DNA of 64,000 bases from Pyrodictiaceae archaeon (GCA_027036135.1 JALVSY010000007.1:804880-868879); one strand, 5' to 3'. Shown: positions 22,429 to 33,415, counted from the first letter of the stretch. Translations and numbers: made by a program. Notes: a model not told the origin generated them from the letters alone.

Positions 22429-23982
22429 TTGGGCAAATATCATGGTTACTCGGCGTTTCTGGTAAGGGTGCTGACAACCGTGCCCCGCAGAGTCTTGATA
22501 GCAGCACGCGGTGAAATAGCTATTCGCGTAGCGAGAGCTGCTAGGGAGCTCGGATGGGAACCTATCACTATATACGAGGATGAAGACAAGCTTAGCCCCC
22601 ATGTGCGCGCTGGTGTTGAGTCCTTCCCCGTCAAGAGCTACACTGATGCCTACAGCATAATAGATGCAGCTATTAAAGCTGACGCTGACGTGATACACCC
22701 AGGTTACGGCTTCTTATCCGAGAATCCTGATTTCGCGGAAAAGGTTCTTGACCATGGAATTGGCTGGGCCGGGCCCAGTCCTAAATCAATGAAGCTTCTA
22801 GGGGATAAGAACGCCGCTAAATCGCTGGCAGAGAAGCTAGGCATACCTACCCTCTCGTGGTGCGAAGCGAGGAGTCCAGAGGAGGCAAGACGCTGTGCCG
22901 ATAAAATAGGCTACCCTGTCATACTGAAAGCCAGCCTAGCTGGCGGTGGTCGCGGAAGCAGGGTGGCCTATACGCCAGAAGAGGTTGAACAAAGCTTCAA
23001 GATAGTTGAGATGGAGGCCAAGCTGGGCTTCGGCAGCCCTGGGGTAATTTTTGTTGAGAAGTTCATCAAGAATGCGAGACATATAGAAGTACAAATACTA
23101 GGTGATGGCGCGGGAACAGTTCTCCACCTCTTTGAGAGAGAGTGCAGCCTCCAGAGAAGAAGGCAGAAAATAATAGAGGAAGCACCAAGCCCCTTTGTCG
23201 AGAGAATAGAGAGAACTAGGAGACTCCGCGAAGAACTAACTAAGTACGCTGTTGCTCTAGGAGAGGCTGTTGACTATGCAAGTGCAGGCACGGTGGAGTT
23301 CGTTGTAGACCAGCAAGGAAAACCCTATCTCATAGAAGTTAATACCCGTCTACAAGTCGAACACGGTGTTACTGAGGAGGTCACTGGCGTAGATATTGTG
23401 AAGCAACAACTACTGGTTGCTGCAGGGTACCCCCTCTCTATTAATCAGCACGACATTAGGCTTCACGGATGGGCTATAGAGGCACGCATATATGCAGAGG
23501 ACCCCATTAATGGATTTAGAGCCTCAGAGGGCATTATTCGCAGATACATAGAGCCACGTGGACCCGGCATAAGGGTTGACTCAGCAGCCGAGGAGGGTAT
23601 GCCCATAAACCCGAAATACGACACGCTCGTAGCAAAAGTTATTGCTAGGGGCTTCTCCCGTAACGAGGCCATATCGAAGCTCCGATGGGCCCTAAGGGAG
23701 ACACTAATAGCTGGCGTCGAAACAAATCTTGATCTCTTACGCGTCATAGTGGATCAGCCCTGGTTTGCTGACGCGGAGTACGATACAAGAATCGTTGAGA
23801 GAAGGCTACACGAGCTAGTATACGAGATACGGAGAAGAAGAGGAATAATTAAGTCAATAGCGGCGAAGCTCAATACGGATATCGTTACAAACGCATATGA
23901 ACTAACAAATGGCTCCGCTGCAGTGATGAACCATGGATATGGGTGGCCTTGGCCGCCGTGGAGGAGAGCAGGATACACCTAG
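22429..23982 (+). CDS. accC: Biotin carboxylase subunit of acyl-CoA carboxylase
   Basis: RGEIAIR, HPGYGFLSEN, GGGGRG, ERECSLQRRRQK, EVNTRLQVEH; start probably GTG near 22468-22480. Confidence 0.93.
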   Translation: MGKYHGYSAFLVRVLTTVPRRVLIAARGEIAIRVARAARELGWEPITIYEDEDKLSPHVRAGVESFPVKSYTDAYSIIDAAIKADADVIHPGYGFLSENPDFAEKVLDHGIGWAGPSPKSMKLLGDKNAAKSLAEKLGIPTLSWCEARSPEEARRCADKIGYPVILKASLAGGGRGSRVAYTPEEVEQSFKIVEMEAKLGFGSPGVIFVEKFIKNARHIEVQILGDGAGTVLHLFERECSLQRRRQKIIEEAPSPFVERIERTRRLREELTKYAVALGEAVDYASAGTVEFVVDQQGKPYLIEVNTRLQVEHGVTEEVTGVDIVKQQLLVAAGYPLSINQHDIRLHGWAIEARIYAEDPINGFRASEGIIRRYIEPRGPGIRVDSAAEEGMPINPKYDTLVAKVIARGFSRNEAISKLRWALRETLIAGVETNLDLLRVIVDQPWFADAEYDTRIVERRLHELVYEIRRRRGIIKSIAAKLNTDIVTNAYELTNGSAAVMNHGYGWPWPPWRRAGYT

Positions 23983-24415
23983 GCTTCTTCGTCTCCGAAA
24001 GCTAGGAGAAAGACTCTATGAAGCCGAGCTAGTAACAGAGCATGGAGAAAGGCTAAGGCTACAAGTAAGAATTGATAATGACGTCATAGAGACTCCATTT
24101 GGCCGCTATCATTTATCAAACCTCGATATATCCGAGCACAAGCCTGCCCAGACAAGCAGTAGTGGCGAATCCTGGCTCGTAGAGTTCGACGAACACGAGG
24201 GCGTTCTTAGAGCAAAATTATCAATGAAGATAGTGGAGACTGTGAAGAAACCGGGTGACAAGATAAAGAAGGGCGACAAAATAGCAACGATAGAGACTAT
24301 GAAGATGCTTAACGATATCCACGCGCCATGCGATGGCGAGATAGTTGAAATAACCCAACCTGGCCAAGGCCTCTCACCCGGTAACATACTTGCGAGGATA
24401 AAGTGCGAGACCTAG
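23933..24415 (+). CDS. accB: Biotin carboxyl carrier protein
   Basis: IETMKMLNDIHAPCDG biotinylation motif. Confidence 0.9.
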   Translation: MDMGGLGRRGGEQDTPRLLRLRKLGERLYEAELVTEHGERLRLQVRIDNDVIETPFGRYHLSNLDISEHKPAQTSSSGESWLVEFDEHEGVLRAKLSMKIVETVKKPGDKIKKGDKIATIETMKMLNDIHAPCDGEIVEITQPGQGLSPGNILARIKCET

Positions 24416-24540
24416 TTCCAATACGCCCCATTTATTCACAATTATTTCCCCTTTAATTCCCTGCCCAAGGGTTCTTAGGATGCAATACTCTTCTACACAT
24501 ACACACATAGTATGTTGCCGGTAAAGGCGCTCCGGGTGTA

Positions 24541-26085
24541 ATGGTCTTGGAGAAGCTGCGCGAGCTAGAAGAGCTTCGTAGACGCTTATCCTCGCCGGAC
24601 CCCGAGAAGGCTAAGAGGCAGCATGCCAAGGGCAAGCTGCTTGCACGAGAAAGGCTTGAGATGCTTCTAGACCCTGGTAGCTTTGAGGAGATACAGTGGC
24701 TAGCTACGACACGTAGTACCCTATTCGGCCTTGATAAGAAAAAGGTCCCTGGAGACGGAGTAATAGCTGGCTATGGTAAGGTCAATGGACGACCCGTCTA
24801 TGTGTTTGTCCAGGACTTTACTGTGATGGGGGGAAGCATAGGAGAAGCACATGCAGAGAAAATCGTGAGAACAATAGAGCTTGCAACAAAGAGCGGAGTA
24901 CCAGTCATAGGGATATGGGATTCCGGTGGCGCAAGGATACAGGAGGGCGTTGCCTCACTTCACGGCGTTGGAAGAATAATGAAAGCAATTGTTGATGCTA
25001 GTGGCGTGATTCCCCAAATCTCCCTAGTACTTGGCCCAGCAGCTGGCGGAGCCGCGTACGCACCTGCGCTCATGGATTTCACTGTAGTTGTTGACAACGT
25101 CACTTACCTCTTCGTCACGGGCCCCGAGGTAGTAAAGGAGGTTACTGGCGAGGAGATAGACTTCGAGGGACTTGGCGGAGCTAGAGTACATAGCCAAATT
25201 AGCGGCGTTGCACACTTCAGGGCAGGGAGCGAGGAGGAAGCATTCTCTCTTACAAAGAAGCTTCTAACTTACCTACCTGACAACAACGAGGCCCCATTAC
25301 CTGTGATTAATACTAGCGACCCTACTGACAGAGTAGATAAAGAGCTTGACTCGATTGTCCCGGAGGACCCCATGCGCTCCTATGATATGAGAATGGTGCT
25401 GGAAAAGGTATTCGATAAGGGCTCGTTATTAGAGGTACACAAGGAATGGGGCCAGAGCATCATTACTGCCTTTGCCCGCCTAGGGGGAATACCTGTCTGT
25501 ATTGTGGCCAGCCAGCCCCTAATAATGAGCGGCGCTATAGACATCAATGCCTCTTGTAAGGCTGCGCGTTTTGTAAGGTTCTGCGACGCCTTCAACTTAC
25601 CAATAATCACGTTTGTTGACGTACCAGGGTACATGCCGGGAACGCAGCAAGAGCATGGAGGAATAATTCGTCATGGAGCAAAGATGCTATATGCTTACTC
25701 GGAGGCAACTAGTCCGAAGATAACAGTCATCGTGCGCAAGGCATATGGGGGCGCCTACATATCTATGGGTAGCCGATCCATGGGCGCGGACATAGTATTC
25801 GCGTGGCCAACGGCCGAGATAGCTGTCATGGGTGCTGAGGCTGCTGTTAGGATACTTTACCGGAAGCAGTTAGCACGCTCACCACATCCAGAAGAGGAGA
25901 AAAAGAAACTCATAGAGGAGTTCAAAAAGACCTTCCTAAACCCTTATAGGGCAGCCGAACTAGGGCTTGTAGATGACGTAATAGCTCCTAGAGAGACGAG
26001 GCAGAAGCTCTATCGAGCAGTAACGATTCTATTGAAGAAGAGAGAGTGGAGACCGCCCCGTAAGCACGGCAATATACCGCTCTAG
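24541..26085 (+). CDS. pccB: Acyl-CoA (acetyl/propionyl-CoA) carboxylase carboxyltransferase subunit
   Basis: QDFTVMGGS, DSGGARIQEG, DVPGYMPG, RKAYGGAY, KHGNIPL. Confidence 0.93.
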   Translation: MVLEKLRELEELRRRLSSPDPEKAKRQHAKGKLLARERLEMLLDPGSFEEIQWLATTRSTLFGLDKKKVPGDGVIAGYGKVNGRPVYVFVQDFTVMGGSIGEAHAEKIVRTIELATKSGVPVIGIWDSGGARIQEGVASLHGVGRIMKAIVDASGVIPQISLVLGPAAGGAAYAPALMDFTVVVDNVTYLFVTGPEVVKEVTGEEIDFEGLGGARVHSQISGVAHFRAGSEEEAFSLTKKLLTYLPDNNEAPLPVINTSDPTDRVDKELDSIVPEDPMRSYDMRMVLEKVFDKGSLLEVHKEWGQSIITAFARLGGIPVCIVASQPLIMSGAIDINASCKAARFVRFCDAFNLPIITFVDVPGYMPGTQQEHGGIIRHGAKMLYAYSEATSPKITVIVRKAYGGAYISMGSRSMGADIVFAWPTAEIAVMGAEAAVRILYRKQLARSPHPEEEKKKLIEEFKKTFLNPYRAAELGLVDDVIAPRETRQKLYRAVTILLKKREWRPPRKHGNIPL

Positions 26086-26113
26086 ACCGCCTACCCTACC
26101 CAGGGACGTCGAC

Positions 26114-28309
26114 GTGTATAGCGCACTCCGCGAGTTCGAGGAATGGCTAATAGGGCTGAGAGAGACTGGGTATAGGGGATTAGTGCTTCTACACTCATCT
26201 ATCCTAAGCGCCGCGCTCGACGCCGTAAGCGATAGGCTTCATACCTTTTATAGCAACGTGACATGTATAGCTCCTAGGGAGCTTAGGCAGAAAGTCTCCC
26301 GGAACAAGTGCGCTCACTGGCTCAGTCCCTCCGCAATAGAAAGGCTTCTTGGTACCGATAACGAGGCCGTAGTGATTGCTGTACCTAGGCTTCTCCGCCC
26401 TAATCTCGTTGCTGCCGCTGCTGAGACAGTGGTTCGGGGAGGCGTACTAGTCATACTGGCGCCGATGCTTAGTGACTGGGAGCCAGGCGGCGAGATGACA
26501 ATAGGCAACTATAAGAGGTACTTGATTAAACGCCTCTACCGCTCGAGGAGCGTTTTCTGGGCCTGCCTAGACACCGATACCGTCTATTTAGCTAGGTTAC
26601 CGACCCGCTACACACAGCAAGAGAGAAAGGAGGAATATAGGCCAAGGAGCCACGTGAGCCGCGAGCTACTCCGCCTAGCCAGTAGCACGGATCAGGCAAG
26701 AGGCCTAGACGAACTCGTCTATCATTTTAGAACAATGCATGGAAGAGGAGCATTCATAGTAGGTGATCGTGGAAGAGGGAAGTCGGGACTACTAGGACTA
26801 TTCGCGGCCTATCTCATAAATAGCCACATGGTTGGGTTCTTGCCCGTAACGGCTCCCTCTCCTTGGAGTATTCAGAGCTTCTTTAACGTGCTGCTACACG
26901 CTCTTAGTCGCCTTGGTGTTAGAAGAGTAAAGGTACTGAGACAATCAGACCTAGTCATAGGCATTAATGGGCCCTGGTTCCGTATCCGATATCTTCCACC
27001 CGATCGCATGGAGACAGGCTCCTTCACAATAATAGATGAGGGAGCTGCACTAGGCCCGTTAAGACTTCGGCTCATTGCAGCCAAAGCTCCACGTCTCCTC
27101 ATAGCAACTACTATTCACGGTTATGAGGGTAGTGGCAGGGTACTAGCCAAGATAGTTGAGGACATAGTCCCGGCTCCAAGAATTAGAGTAGAACTATCAA
27201 CGCCTATACGCTATCTTCCAGGAGACCCTTTAGAAGAATGGATCTATACAACATTTATGCTAAGGATCGAGCCGAGAAAGCCTCCACGAGAGCTAGATAC
27301 TAGCAAGCTAGAGCTAAGGGTCGTTCAACGTGAACGACTCGTAGAAGATGAAGAGCTGCTTGAGAAGATTTACTCTATACTGGTCCTAGCTCATTACCGT
27401 AATGAGCCCGATGACTTGGCATTGATACTTGACGCGCCTCATCACATGCTCTTCGCGGCAACCATAGGCAAAGAGGTAGTAGCGGTAGCTGATGCCTCAA
27501 GAGAGTCTGGTAACGCGCCCTATGAGGCAAGAATAATGCCGGATCTCCTTGCAACAAGCAATCCGGAAGCGCTTCATCTATCTGGTTTAAGGATAGTACG
27601 CATAGCAGTGCATCCCGACCTTCAGCGAAGAGGTATTGGTTCAAAGCTGCTAAGCTTCATAGAAGACTATGCGGCGTCGATGAGCCTCGACTGGGTAGGA
27701 GCTAGTTTCGGGCAACCAGATGTAGTAAGGTTTTGGCTACATAATGGCTATGTCGTTGCCTATGTTTCGCCGCTGCCAAGCAAAGCGACGGGAGAACACA
27801 ACATAGCTGTAATAAAGCCATTAAATAATACATCCGAGAAAATCCTAGTAGCCATAGCCAAGGACATGGTAAAGAGGCTACTACTAGCTGGCCATACCCT
27901 TTATCGAGGCGTCCCAGCCGAAATAATGGCAACACTATTAGAGGGGGACAAGAAGCTATCTCAGAAACCACTAGCCGAGCTATCCCTTGAGCAACTTCAC
28001 CGAGTAAAGCTGGTGCTCTCGCACCAACTAGACGTGGAAGCAGCTCTCGACGCTTACTGGCTACTACTGGTAAACACAGCGCTAGAGAACGGGGGTCTCA
28101 GTCTTCTAGACCGCAATGAACGAGTTGTGGTAATAGCTAGGGTGATCCAGGGAAAGAGCCTGCGCGACCTAATGACGCTAACAAACAAAGACGCTGAAAC
28201 CGTAAAGATGCTGCTTTATTCTGCGCTCGAAAAACTCATAGAGAACACTGCTATAGACTCATTTAATGGGACTACTAATAGAGGAAGCGACAACAAAAAG
28301 AATGTCTGA
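26114..28309 (+). CDS. tmcA: RNA cytidine acetyltransferase TmcA/NAT10
   Basis: GDRGRGKS, IIDEG, TTIHGYEGSGR, AHYRNEPDDL, RIVRIAVHPDLQRRGIGS. Confidence 0.93.
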   Translation: MYSALREFEEWLIGLRETGYRGLVLLHSSILSAALDAVSDRLHTFYSNVTCIAPRELRQKVSRNKCAHWLSPSAIERLLGTDNEAVVIAVPRLLRPNLVAAAAETVVRGGVLVILAPMLSDWEPGGEMTIGNYKRYLIKRLYRSRSVFWACLDTDTVYLARLPTRYTQQERKEEYRPRSHVSRELLRLASSTDQARGLDELVYHFRTMHGRGAFIVGDRGRGKSGLLGLFAAYLINSHMVGFLPVTAPSPWSIQSFFNVLLHALSRLGVRRVKVLRQSDLVIGINGPWFRIRYLPPDRMETGSFTIIDEGAALGPLRLRLIAAKAPRLLIATTIHGYEGSGRVLAKIVEDIVPAPRIRVELSTPIRYLPGDPLEEWIYTTFMLRIEPRKPPRELDTSKLELRVVQRERLVEDEELLEKIYSILVLAHYRNEPDDLALILDAPHHMLFAATIGKEVVAVADASRESGNAPYEARIMPDLLATSNPEALHLSGLRIVRIAVHPDLQRRGIGSKLLSFIEDYAASMSLDWVGASFGQPDVVRFWLHNGYVVAYVSPLPSKATGEHNIAVIKPLNNTSEKILVAIAKDMVKRLLLAGHTLYRGVPAEIMATLLEGDKKLSQKPLAELSLEQLHRVKLVLSHQLDVEAALDAYWLLLVNTALENGGLSLLDRNERVVVIARVIQGKSLRDLMTLTNKDAETVKMLLYSALEKLIENTAIDSFNGTTNRGSDNKKNV

Positions 28310-28321
28310 GGCAAAATAGGA

Positions 28322-29017
28322 ATGAGCTTGCTAGCTATATTCGCTCTCATACTTAGTCTCAACGCGACTATTAATGCTCAGAGCTTGAATAGTACTTGCG
28401 GCAGCGTAAGTGTAAACGCGCTCGCGAGAGTAACAGAACCCGTCCAAGGGGTCATAACCGGTTATACGCCATTCTTGGTAATAACTTTGAGCGGCCAACT
28501 AGTCCCTGTCAACGCAACGCTAAAGGCAAGTGCACTAATCCCTCAAATGAGACAACAATTACCAATCGTCATCCAGTCTCTCTCGACACACAAGTTTATT
28601 ATCAAGACAATGAGTACAATACCTCTCGATTTCCCTGTACTCTACATAGTTGAGATAAAGGGATCAAGCAAAGCATGTAGGCTTGAAGTATTAGTAAAGC
28701 CTCCGAGAAGGATGCCAAAGAGTAATGCGAGACAAGAGAAAATGCTTGTTAAAAACCCTGCTGAAAAACAACTGACGAGATACGATCCTCTTGGCTTCCT
28801 GGACACAAATATCACTCCAGCAGAACGGGGCCATAATGTCTTAATTAGTCAATTACCGAGTCATCAATTAGGTGAAAAGAAGAACCTAAGCAAGTCCAGT
28901 AATAGGGATATTCTACTCTTTATAGCTGTAGCATTTCTAAGCACAGCGCTCATAATCACTGTTATGGACTACCTATCTTCTCGGAGAGGTATTCAGCAAC
29001 GCGTTTCGGGAGCATAG
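28322..29017 (+). CDS. Hypothetical secreted protein with C-terminal membrane anchor
   Basis: Signal-peptide-like N-terminus; C-terminal TM followed by RR. Confidence 0.6.
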   Translation: MSLLAIFALILSLNATINAQSLNSTCGSVSVNALARVTEPVQGVITGYTPFLVITLSGQLVPVNATLKASALIPQMRQQLPIVIQSLSTHKFIIKTMSTIPLDFPVLYIVEIKGSSKACRLEVLVKPPRRMPKSNARQEKMLVKNPAEKQLTRYDPLGFLDTNITPAERGHNVLISQLPSHQLGEKKNLSKSSNRDILLFIAVAFLSTALIITVMDYLSSRRGIQQRVSGA

Positions 29018-29660
29018 CGAGAATAGTTTGCTTTATAAGCTCAGCTAGTGCTGGTACAACACCTTTCTCGTTATAGGTTTCGATTATTTTTAGCCAATTT
29101 ATACGAATAATGATAATGGCGACTACTATGCTACCGATTATGAGGGCTGCCAGTGCCTCAGGGCTGAGACCCTCGCTGCCAGTGATCGATCGTATAAGGT
29201 CGCCAAATACGACTGCGAGAAAGGTTATTACTATTTTCCCAAGGGCTACCGCGATGAAGAAAAGTAACAAGTTGTAACCAGTGACCCCGAGCGGCACATA
29301 TAGTACGTCATCGGGTAATGGAAGCGCTGCGAATAAGAATAGAGCGAAGAAGACGCTTTTCTTGAATGCTTTCGCAAATATCTCAACGTTCTGGCGCGTA
29401 TTCTTGGGAAGAATTCGGCGAAAGCTCCTACCAAGCAAGAAGACTATGACCTTACCGAGGGCTGCGCCGACGCCTCCGCTTACTGCCACGAATACCTTCT
29501 CTACATCATTATGGAGATAGAGACCCCAGCCAGCTATAATGCCTAGGTACGGTACAGTCATGTATGGTATGGCGTTGCTAGCAAGCGATATTATGAATGC
29601 AGAGAGTACAGGGTTCTTTACCCCAATTATAGCCATGATTGTGTCAATAATGTTGCTCAA
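28962..29660 (-). CDS. VTT/SNARE-associated (DedA-like) membrane protein
   Basis: GAALGKVIVFLLGR, FAALPLPDDVLYVPLG, VALGK. Confidence 0.85.
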   Translation of the reverse strand: MSNIIDTIMAIIGVKNPVLSAFIISLASNAIPYMTVPYLGIIAGWGLYLHNDVEKVFVAVSGGVGAALGKVIVFLLGRSFRRILPKNTRQNVEIFAKAFKKSVFFALFLFAALPLPDDVLYVPLGVTGYNLLLFFIAVALGKIVITFLAVVFGDLIRSITGSEGLSPEALAALIIGSIVVAIIIIRINWLKIIETYNEKGVVPALAELIKQTILAMLPKRVAEYLSEKIGSP

Positions 29661-29801
29661 AGCACTGAATACCCCGTGGAGCTCTCAATATATCCCGAAG
29701 TTATTCTTAGCCAGGCTGTTAAGAAGCCCCAGGGACCCAAGCCGCATAGCTTTAATTGAGGGAAATAATAATTTGTGCTACGAGGTGCATCCAGCATAGA
29801 T

Positions 29802-29867
29802 GGCGGGGTGAAGACTGCAAACGCGGCTGAGAGAATACAGTGCTGAGGCCCTCGATCACTTACCGCC
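29802..29867 (+). ncRNA. C/D box guide sRNA candidate
   Basis: GGCGG stem-GTGAAGA-12nt-CTGA...GTGCTGA-12nt-CTTA-CCGCC; the D guide is complementary to recalled 16S GAUCGAGGGC. Confidence 0.65.
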
Positions 29868-30405
29868 TTCTCCCAAGCATCCTAGCTAAGAGCTTTCTTG
29901 CTTCTTCAAGTGTCTCGTTAATACCTCTCCAGTGCCCTCCCCTCCAGTATACTTGGCCGCAGCGTGGACATATCCAGAACTCGTTATAGGACTCGTAGAC
30001 GCGGGGAGGAACTCGTCCCTTCACCTTAGGTTTTTCTATTCTCTTAAGAGGAGTGTTGCAAAGAGGGCATCTACTTCTATCCGGGTCTATCTCGAGCCTT
30101 ATACCGTAAGTCGCTCCTAGCTTGGCAAGGGCCTCTGCTATATTGTCGCTTACAAAGACCGCTTCAATACCACGGCGTAGTGCCCGCCTATATAGGCCAC
30201 GGTCACGAGTTACAATTATGCGCCCAGTAGTTGCTGCCTCATCTAGGATGCGTGAGTCGTGCCATCCCTTAGCATAGACAGTATCGTACCCCAGCATACG
30301 CAGCCAGCGTGCTAGCGAGCCAAGCATAGAGTCAACTATGAAAGCCGGCTCCCTATGCCTACGAGTAGCCAGAATCACGACTGACGAGTCCTTTTCAGAG
30401 GACAT
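29860..30405 (-). CDS. Mut7-C (PIN-like RNase plus Zn ribbon) protein
   Basis: FIVDSMLGSLARWLRMLGYD, TRDR, RCPLCN...CPRCGQVYWRGGHW. Confidence 0.9.
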   Translation of the reverse strand: MSSEKDSSVVILATRRHREPAFIVDSMLGSLARWLRMLGYDTVYAKGWHDSRILDEAATTGRIIVTRDRGLYRRALRRGIEAVFVSDNIAEALAKLGATYGIRLEIDPDRSRCPLCNTPLKRIEKPKVKGRVPPRVYESYNEFWICPRCGQVYWRGGHWRGINETLEEARKLLARMLGRRR

Positions 30406-30575
30406 TTCTTCTTATTCGCCTCCCCGATAATTTTTCCTTTTCACCGATACCTATACCTAGAACAGAGTACTGTGCTTATTCCTCTTCCCTGTTTTTATCT
30501 CTCTACTTCATTTCTAAAACACTGGGAAGGTATGGCAAAAGACTGTTAGCATACACTGGAGACGAGGCCTTTACC

Positions 30576-31376
30576 CTAGGCTGTTTTTGACGCTATTAGA
30601 CGGACTAGTTCATCAAGGGTTATTATCCCGACTATTTTGTCCTCGTGCATTACTACTACTCCTTTACTATTCTTCTGCTTCATCTTATCATAGGCTTCTG
30701 CTGCACTAGCATCCGGAGTTACTATAGGTGGTCTCAGTCTCATTATATCGTCTACTAAGAGGTGCTCTATTCTCTCCTTACGATACTTCTCTGGCACTAT
30801 GTCATGAAAGGCTAGGAAAGCATCTGCTACCTCGTCGACTGTGACGTAGCCTACTAGTCTATTCTCCTCATCGAGCACTGGTATGAATAGGAGATTGTAT
30901 TGAAGCAATAGCTTTCTCGCGTGGAGAACCTTGTTTGTTGTCCTAAGTATCTCGGGTACCGTTATCATTGTATCAACCGCCTTTGTATCCGGTGCCACGT
31001 CGCGAACAAAGCTAGCTATCTCCCACCGAGTTACCAGGCCAATAACCTTCTCGTCTTCCACGACAGGGTAGCTTCCAACATTATCGCTTACCATCTTTCT
31101 CGCAACTTCGCCTACGCTTAGACTTGGAGGTATCGTCTTGGGATCAGGCGTCATAAAGCTTGACACATGCATGCGTCCAGGTACAAGGTTCCTTGTGCGC
31201 AGTGTCGCCAATTTGACCATTATGTCCTTCTTAGTCATAATACCTACTAGCTTCTCGTCCTCGAAGGCCAGTACACGATCCATATCGTAGCGCTTCATTA
31301 CCCTAACTGCATGCTCTAATGTCTCGTCTTTATCAACCGCCGGGTAATCGCGGAGCATTATCTCCTCTGCCTTCAT
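30576..31376 (-). CDS. CBS-domain protein (4 CBS motifs)
   Basis: Repeated PVV...GIIT/LVT..D CBS motifs. Confidence 0.9.
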   Translation of the reverse strand: MKAEEIMLRDYPAVDKDETLEHAVRVMKRYDMDRVLAFEDEKLVGIMTKKDIMVKLATLRTRNLVPGRMHVSSFMTPDPKTIPPSLSVGEVARKMVSDNVGSYPVVEDEKVIGLVTRWEIASFVRDVAPDTKAVDTMITVPEILRTTNKVLHARKLLLQYNLLFIPVLDEENRLVGYVTVDEVADAFLAFHDIVPEKYRKERIEHLLVDDIMRLRPPIVTPDASAAEAYDKMKQKNSKGVVVMHEDKIVGIITLDELVRLIASKTA

Positions 31377-31472
31377 GGGGCTCTCCCCCCTATTCTACGA
31401 AAAAGGTGAAGGTTTTAATTCAACGATGAAAAGAAATGAAACAATGTTGAAGGAGCACTATGCCTTGTGCTA

Positions 31473-32336
31473 TTAGCTCTCAGCTATCGCTTGTAGAATA
31501 TTATGCTTAACAACGACTCCGAGAGGCTCGCGGTCACGAACAACTGGTACCGAACTAAAACCATGCCTTATCATCAGCCGAGCCGCCTCTGCAAGATCTT
31601 CGTCAGCCTCTACTGTTATTGGATCAGGAGTCATTATATCCTGAGCAGTCATTATGGTGTACTCGTAGACGGGGCCGAGCCTACCTTTTGGTAACTCCGC
31701 GAACCTTCTAACACTCTTAGCTTTCGGACGCGGTGCTGAAGGGAACTCTGATGCAAATGCTATATCGCTTGGAGCGATGATACCTATTACCTCTCCTGCA
31801 TCAACTACCAGGACTCTACGAGAGGGGTGCGAGTAGAGAAGATCAACTACATACGATACGCTATGAGCTGGGGAAGCTCTCGGCACGTCATCAAACATGT
31901 AGTCTGAGGCCTTGTATTTCCCTCTTAGCCTCTCCGCATAAGCTCTCACTATATCAGTCTTCGTTATTATACCTATAAGTCTGCCATTCTCATCAACTAC
32001 TGGCAAGCCACCTATATTGTGTTGGAGCATTAGCCTTGCTGCTTCACGGAGCGATCTACCACCAGCTATACTTATGACGTCACTAGACATAACATCCCTG
32101 ACAAATATAGAGTCAAGAGGCCTTGATGCAAGAGAGCCGCTTGCTACTTTTAGGAAATCGGTCTTCGTTATAATCCCTATGGGGTTCCCTGCTTCATCAA
32201 CCACCACTATACGGCCAACACGGTATCTGACCATAAGGTTCCTTACATGAGCTAAGTTATCACCGGGTTTTACAACAACTACGGGCGTAGACATGTATTC
32301 GTCAACACGGGGATACGAGGCCATAGCGATCACCAC
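31473..32336 (-). CDS. CBS-domain protein (4 CBS motifs)
   Basis: GIITKTD twice, IGGLPVVD, FSSVPVV. Confidence 0.9.
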   Translation of the reverse strand: MVIAMASYPRVDEYMSTPVVVVKPGDNLAHVRNLMVRYRVGRIVVVDEAGNPIGIITKTDFLKVASGSLASRPLDSIFVRDVMSSDVISIAGGRSLREAARLMLQHNIGGLPVVDENGRLIGIITKTDIVRAYAERLRGKYKASDYMFDDVPRASPAHSVSYVVDLLYSHPSRRVLVVDAGEVIGIIAPSDIAFASEFPSAPRPKAKSVRRFAELPKGRLGPVYEYTIMTAQDIMTPDPITVEADEDLAEAARLMIRHGFSSVPVVRDREPLGVVVKHNILQAIAES

Positions 32337-32406
32337 TTAGTAAACCGGGCTACAATTAAAGTAAACAAAATAGTGAACGAAGAGATTCTTATCAGTAGCT
32401 TAAGCA

Positions 32407-33345
32407 CTATTTCTTCGTAGCAATTGCAAAGAGTATGTCTCGCTCAGTTATTATTCCGGCGAGCTGTCCATCATGGACAACTAATAAACTACTGACCCCT
32501 TTCTCTCGCATCAATGTTGCCGCGTCACCTACATCTGCGTCTGGACTAATTGTAACGTAGCCGCTTAAGCCAACGAGTTTGACTGGGGCTTTAAGTGCCT
32601 CCTCGATACTATCGCCTTCAATGTATCGGAATACGTCATGTGAGCCAAAGAAGCGGACAATATCCTTGGCTGTGACCATGCCCCATATCTTTTCTTCTTC
32701 TATTATTGGCAATCGTCTTATGCCATACTTTATCATTGTTTCCGCAGCATCCTTGACGCTGGCTTTCGAATCTATTGTTATAACGTTCTTGGTCATTACC
32801 TCCTCAACTTTTCGTCCAACTGTTTTCTCAGCGAGATGCTCTACGAGATCATGCTCCGTTATTATGCCCCAGAGTGTCATATCCTCAAAGACTACGGGTA
32901 ATACGCCAATGTTCTTAGTTACCATGGTCTCTATTATAGAGGCCAAGGTATCCCTAGTGGTAATGAATACTGGGTTAGGATTCATTACTGAGGCCACGTG
33001 CTCTTTAAGGAGCGCTGAGTAAATGTTACTCTTATGCCTATTTACTACTATATTGAACAGTTCTCCCCCGCCGAAATAATTTACAAGATCGGTTGCGGTG
33101 ACTATGCCCTCTAGCTTCTCCTGGCTAGGTGAGACAACTGGGAGAGCTCTAACATTATAGCGTGTTATCTCCTCTGCTGCCCCGAGTATAGTAGCTGTCT
33201 TTGTCGTTGTGTATACGGGTCTTCTAGCGAGTATCTTTGCGTCCTTCTCGCTCCGGTATATGCGGTCGCTGAAATTAGGCTTGCCGTCACTACGTAACCA
33301 TCGTATACCCTCTGGTCTTCTAGGAGGAACTACGTATCCTCTCAT
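32407..33345 (-). CDS. CBS-domain protein (4 CBS motifs)
   Basis: VRALPVV..GIVTATD, GIRRLPII, GIITERD. Confidence 0.9.
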   Translation of the reverse strand: MRGYVVPPRRPEGIRWLRSDGKPNFSDRIYRSEKDAKILARRPVYTTTKTATILGAAEEITRYNVRALPVVSPSQEKLEGIVTATDLVNYFGGGELFNIVVNRHKSNIYSALLKEHVASVMNPNPVFITTRDTLASIIETMVTKNIGVLPVVFEDMTLWGIITEHDLVEHLAEKTVGRKVEEVMTKNVITIDSKASVKDAAETMIKYGIRRLPIIEEEKIWGMVTAKDIVRFFGSHDVFRYIEGDSIEEALKAPVKLVGLSGYVTISPDADVGDAATLMREKGVSSLLVVHDGQLAGIITERDILFAIATKK

Positions 33346-33415
33346 AGCTCTCTCCTCCCAGTCCCCAATGTTATTAAAGAGTTATAGCTACTGTGTCGGG
33401 ATAAAAACATGGTAC

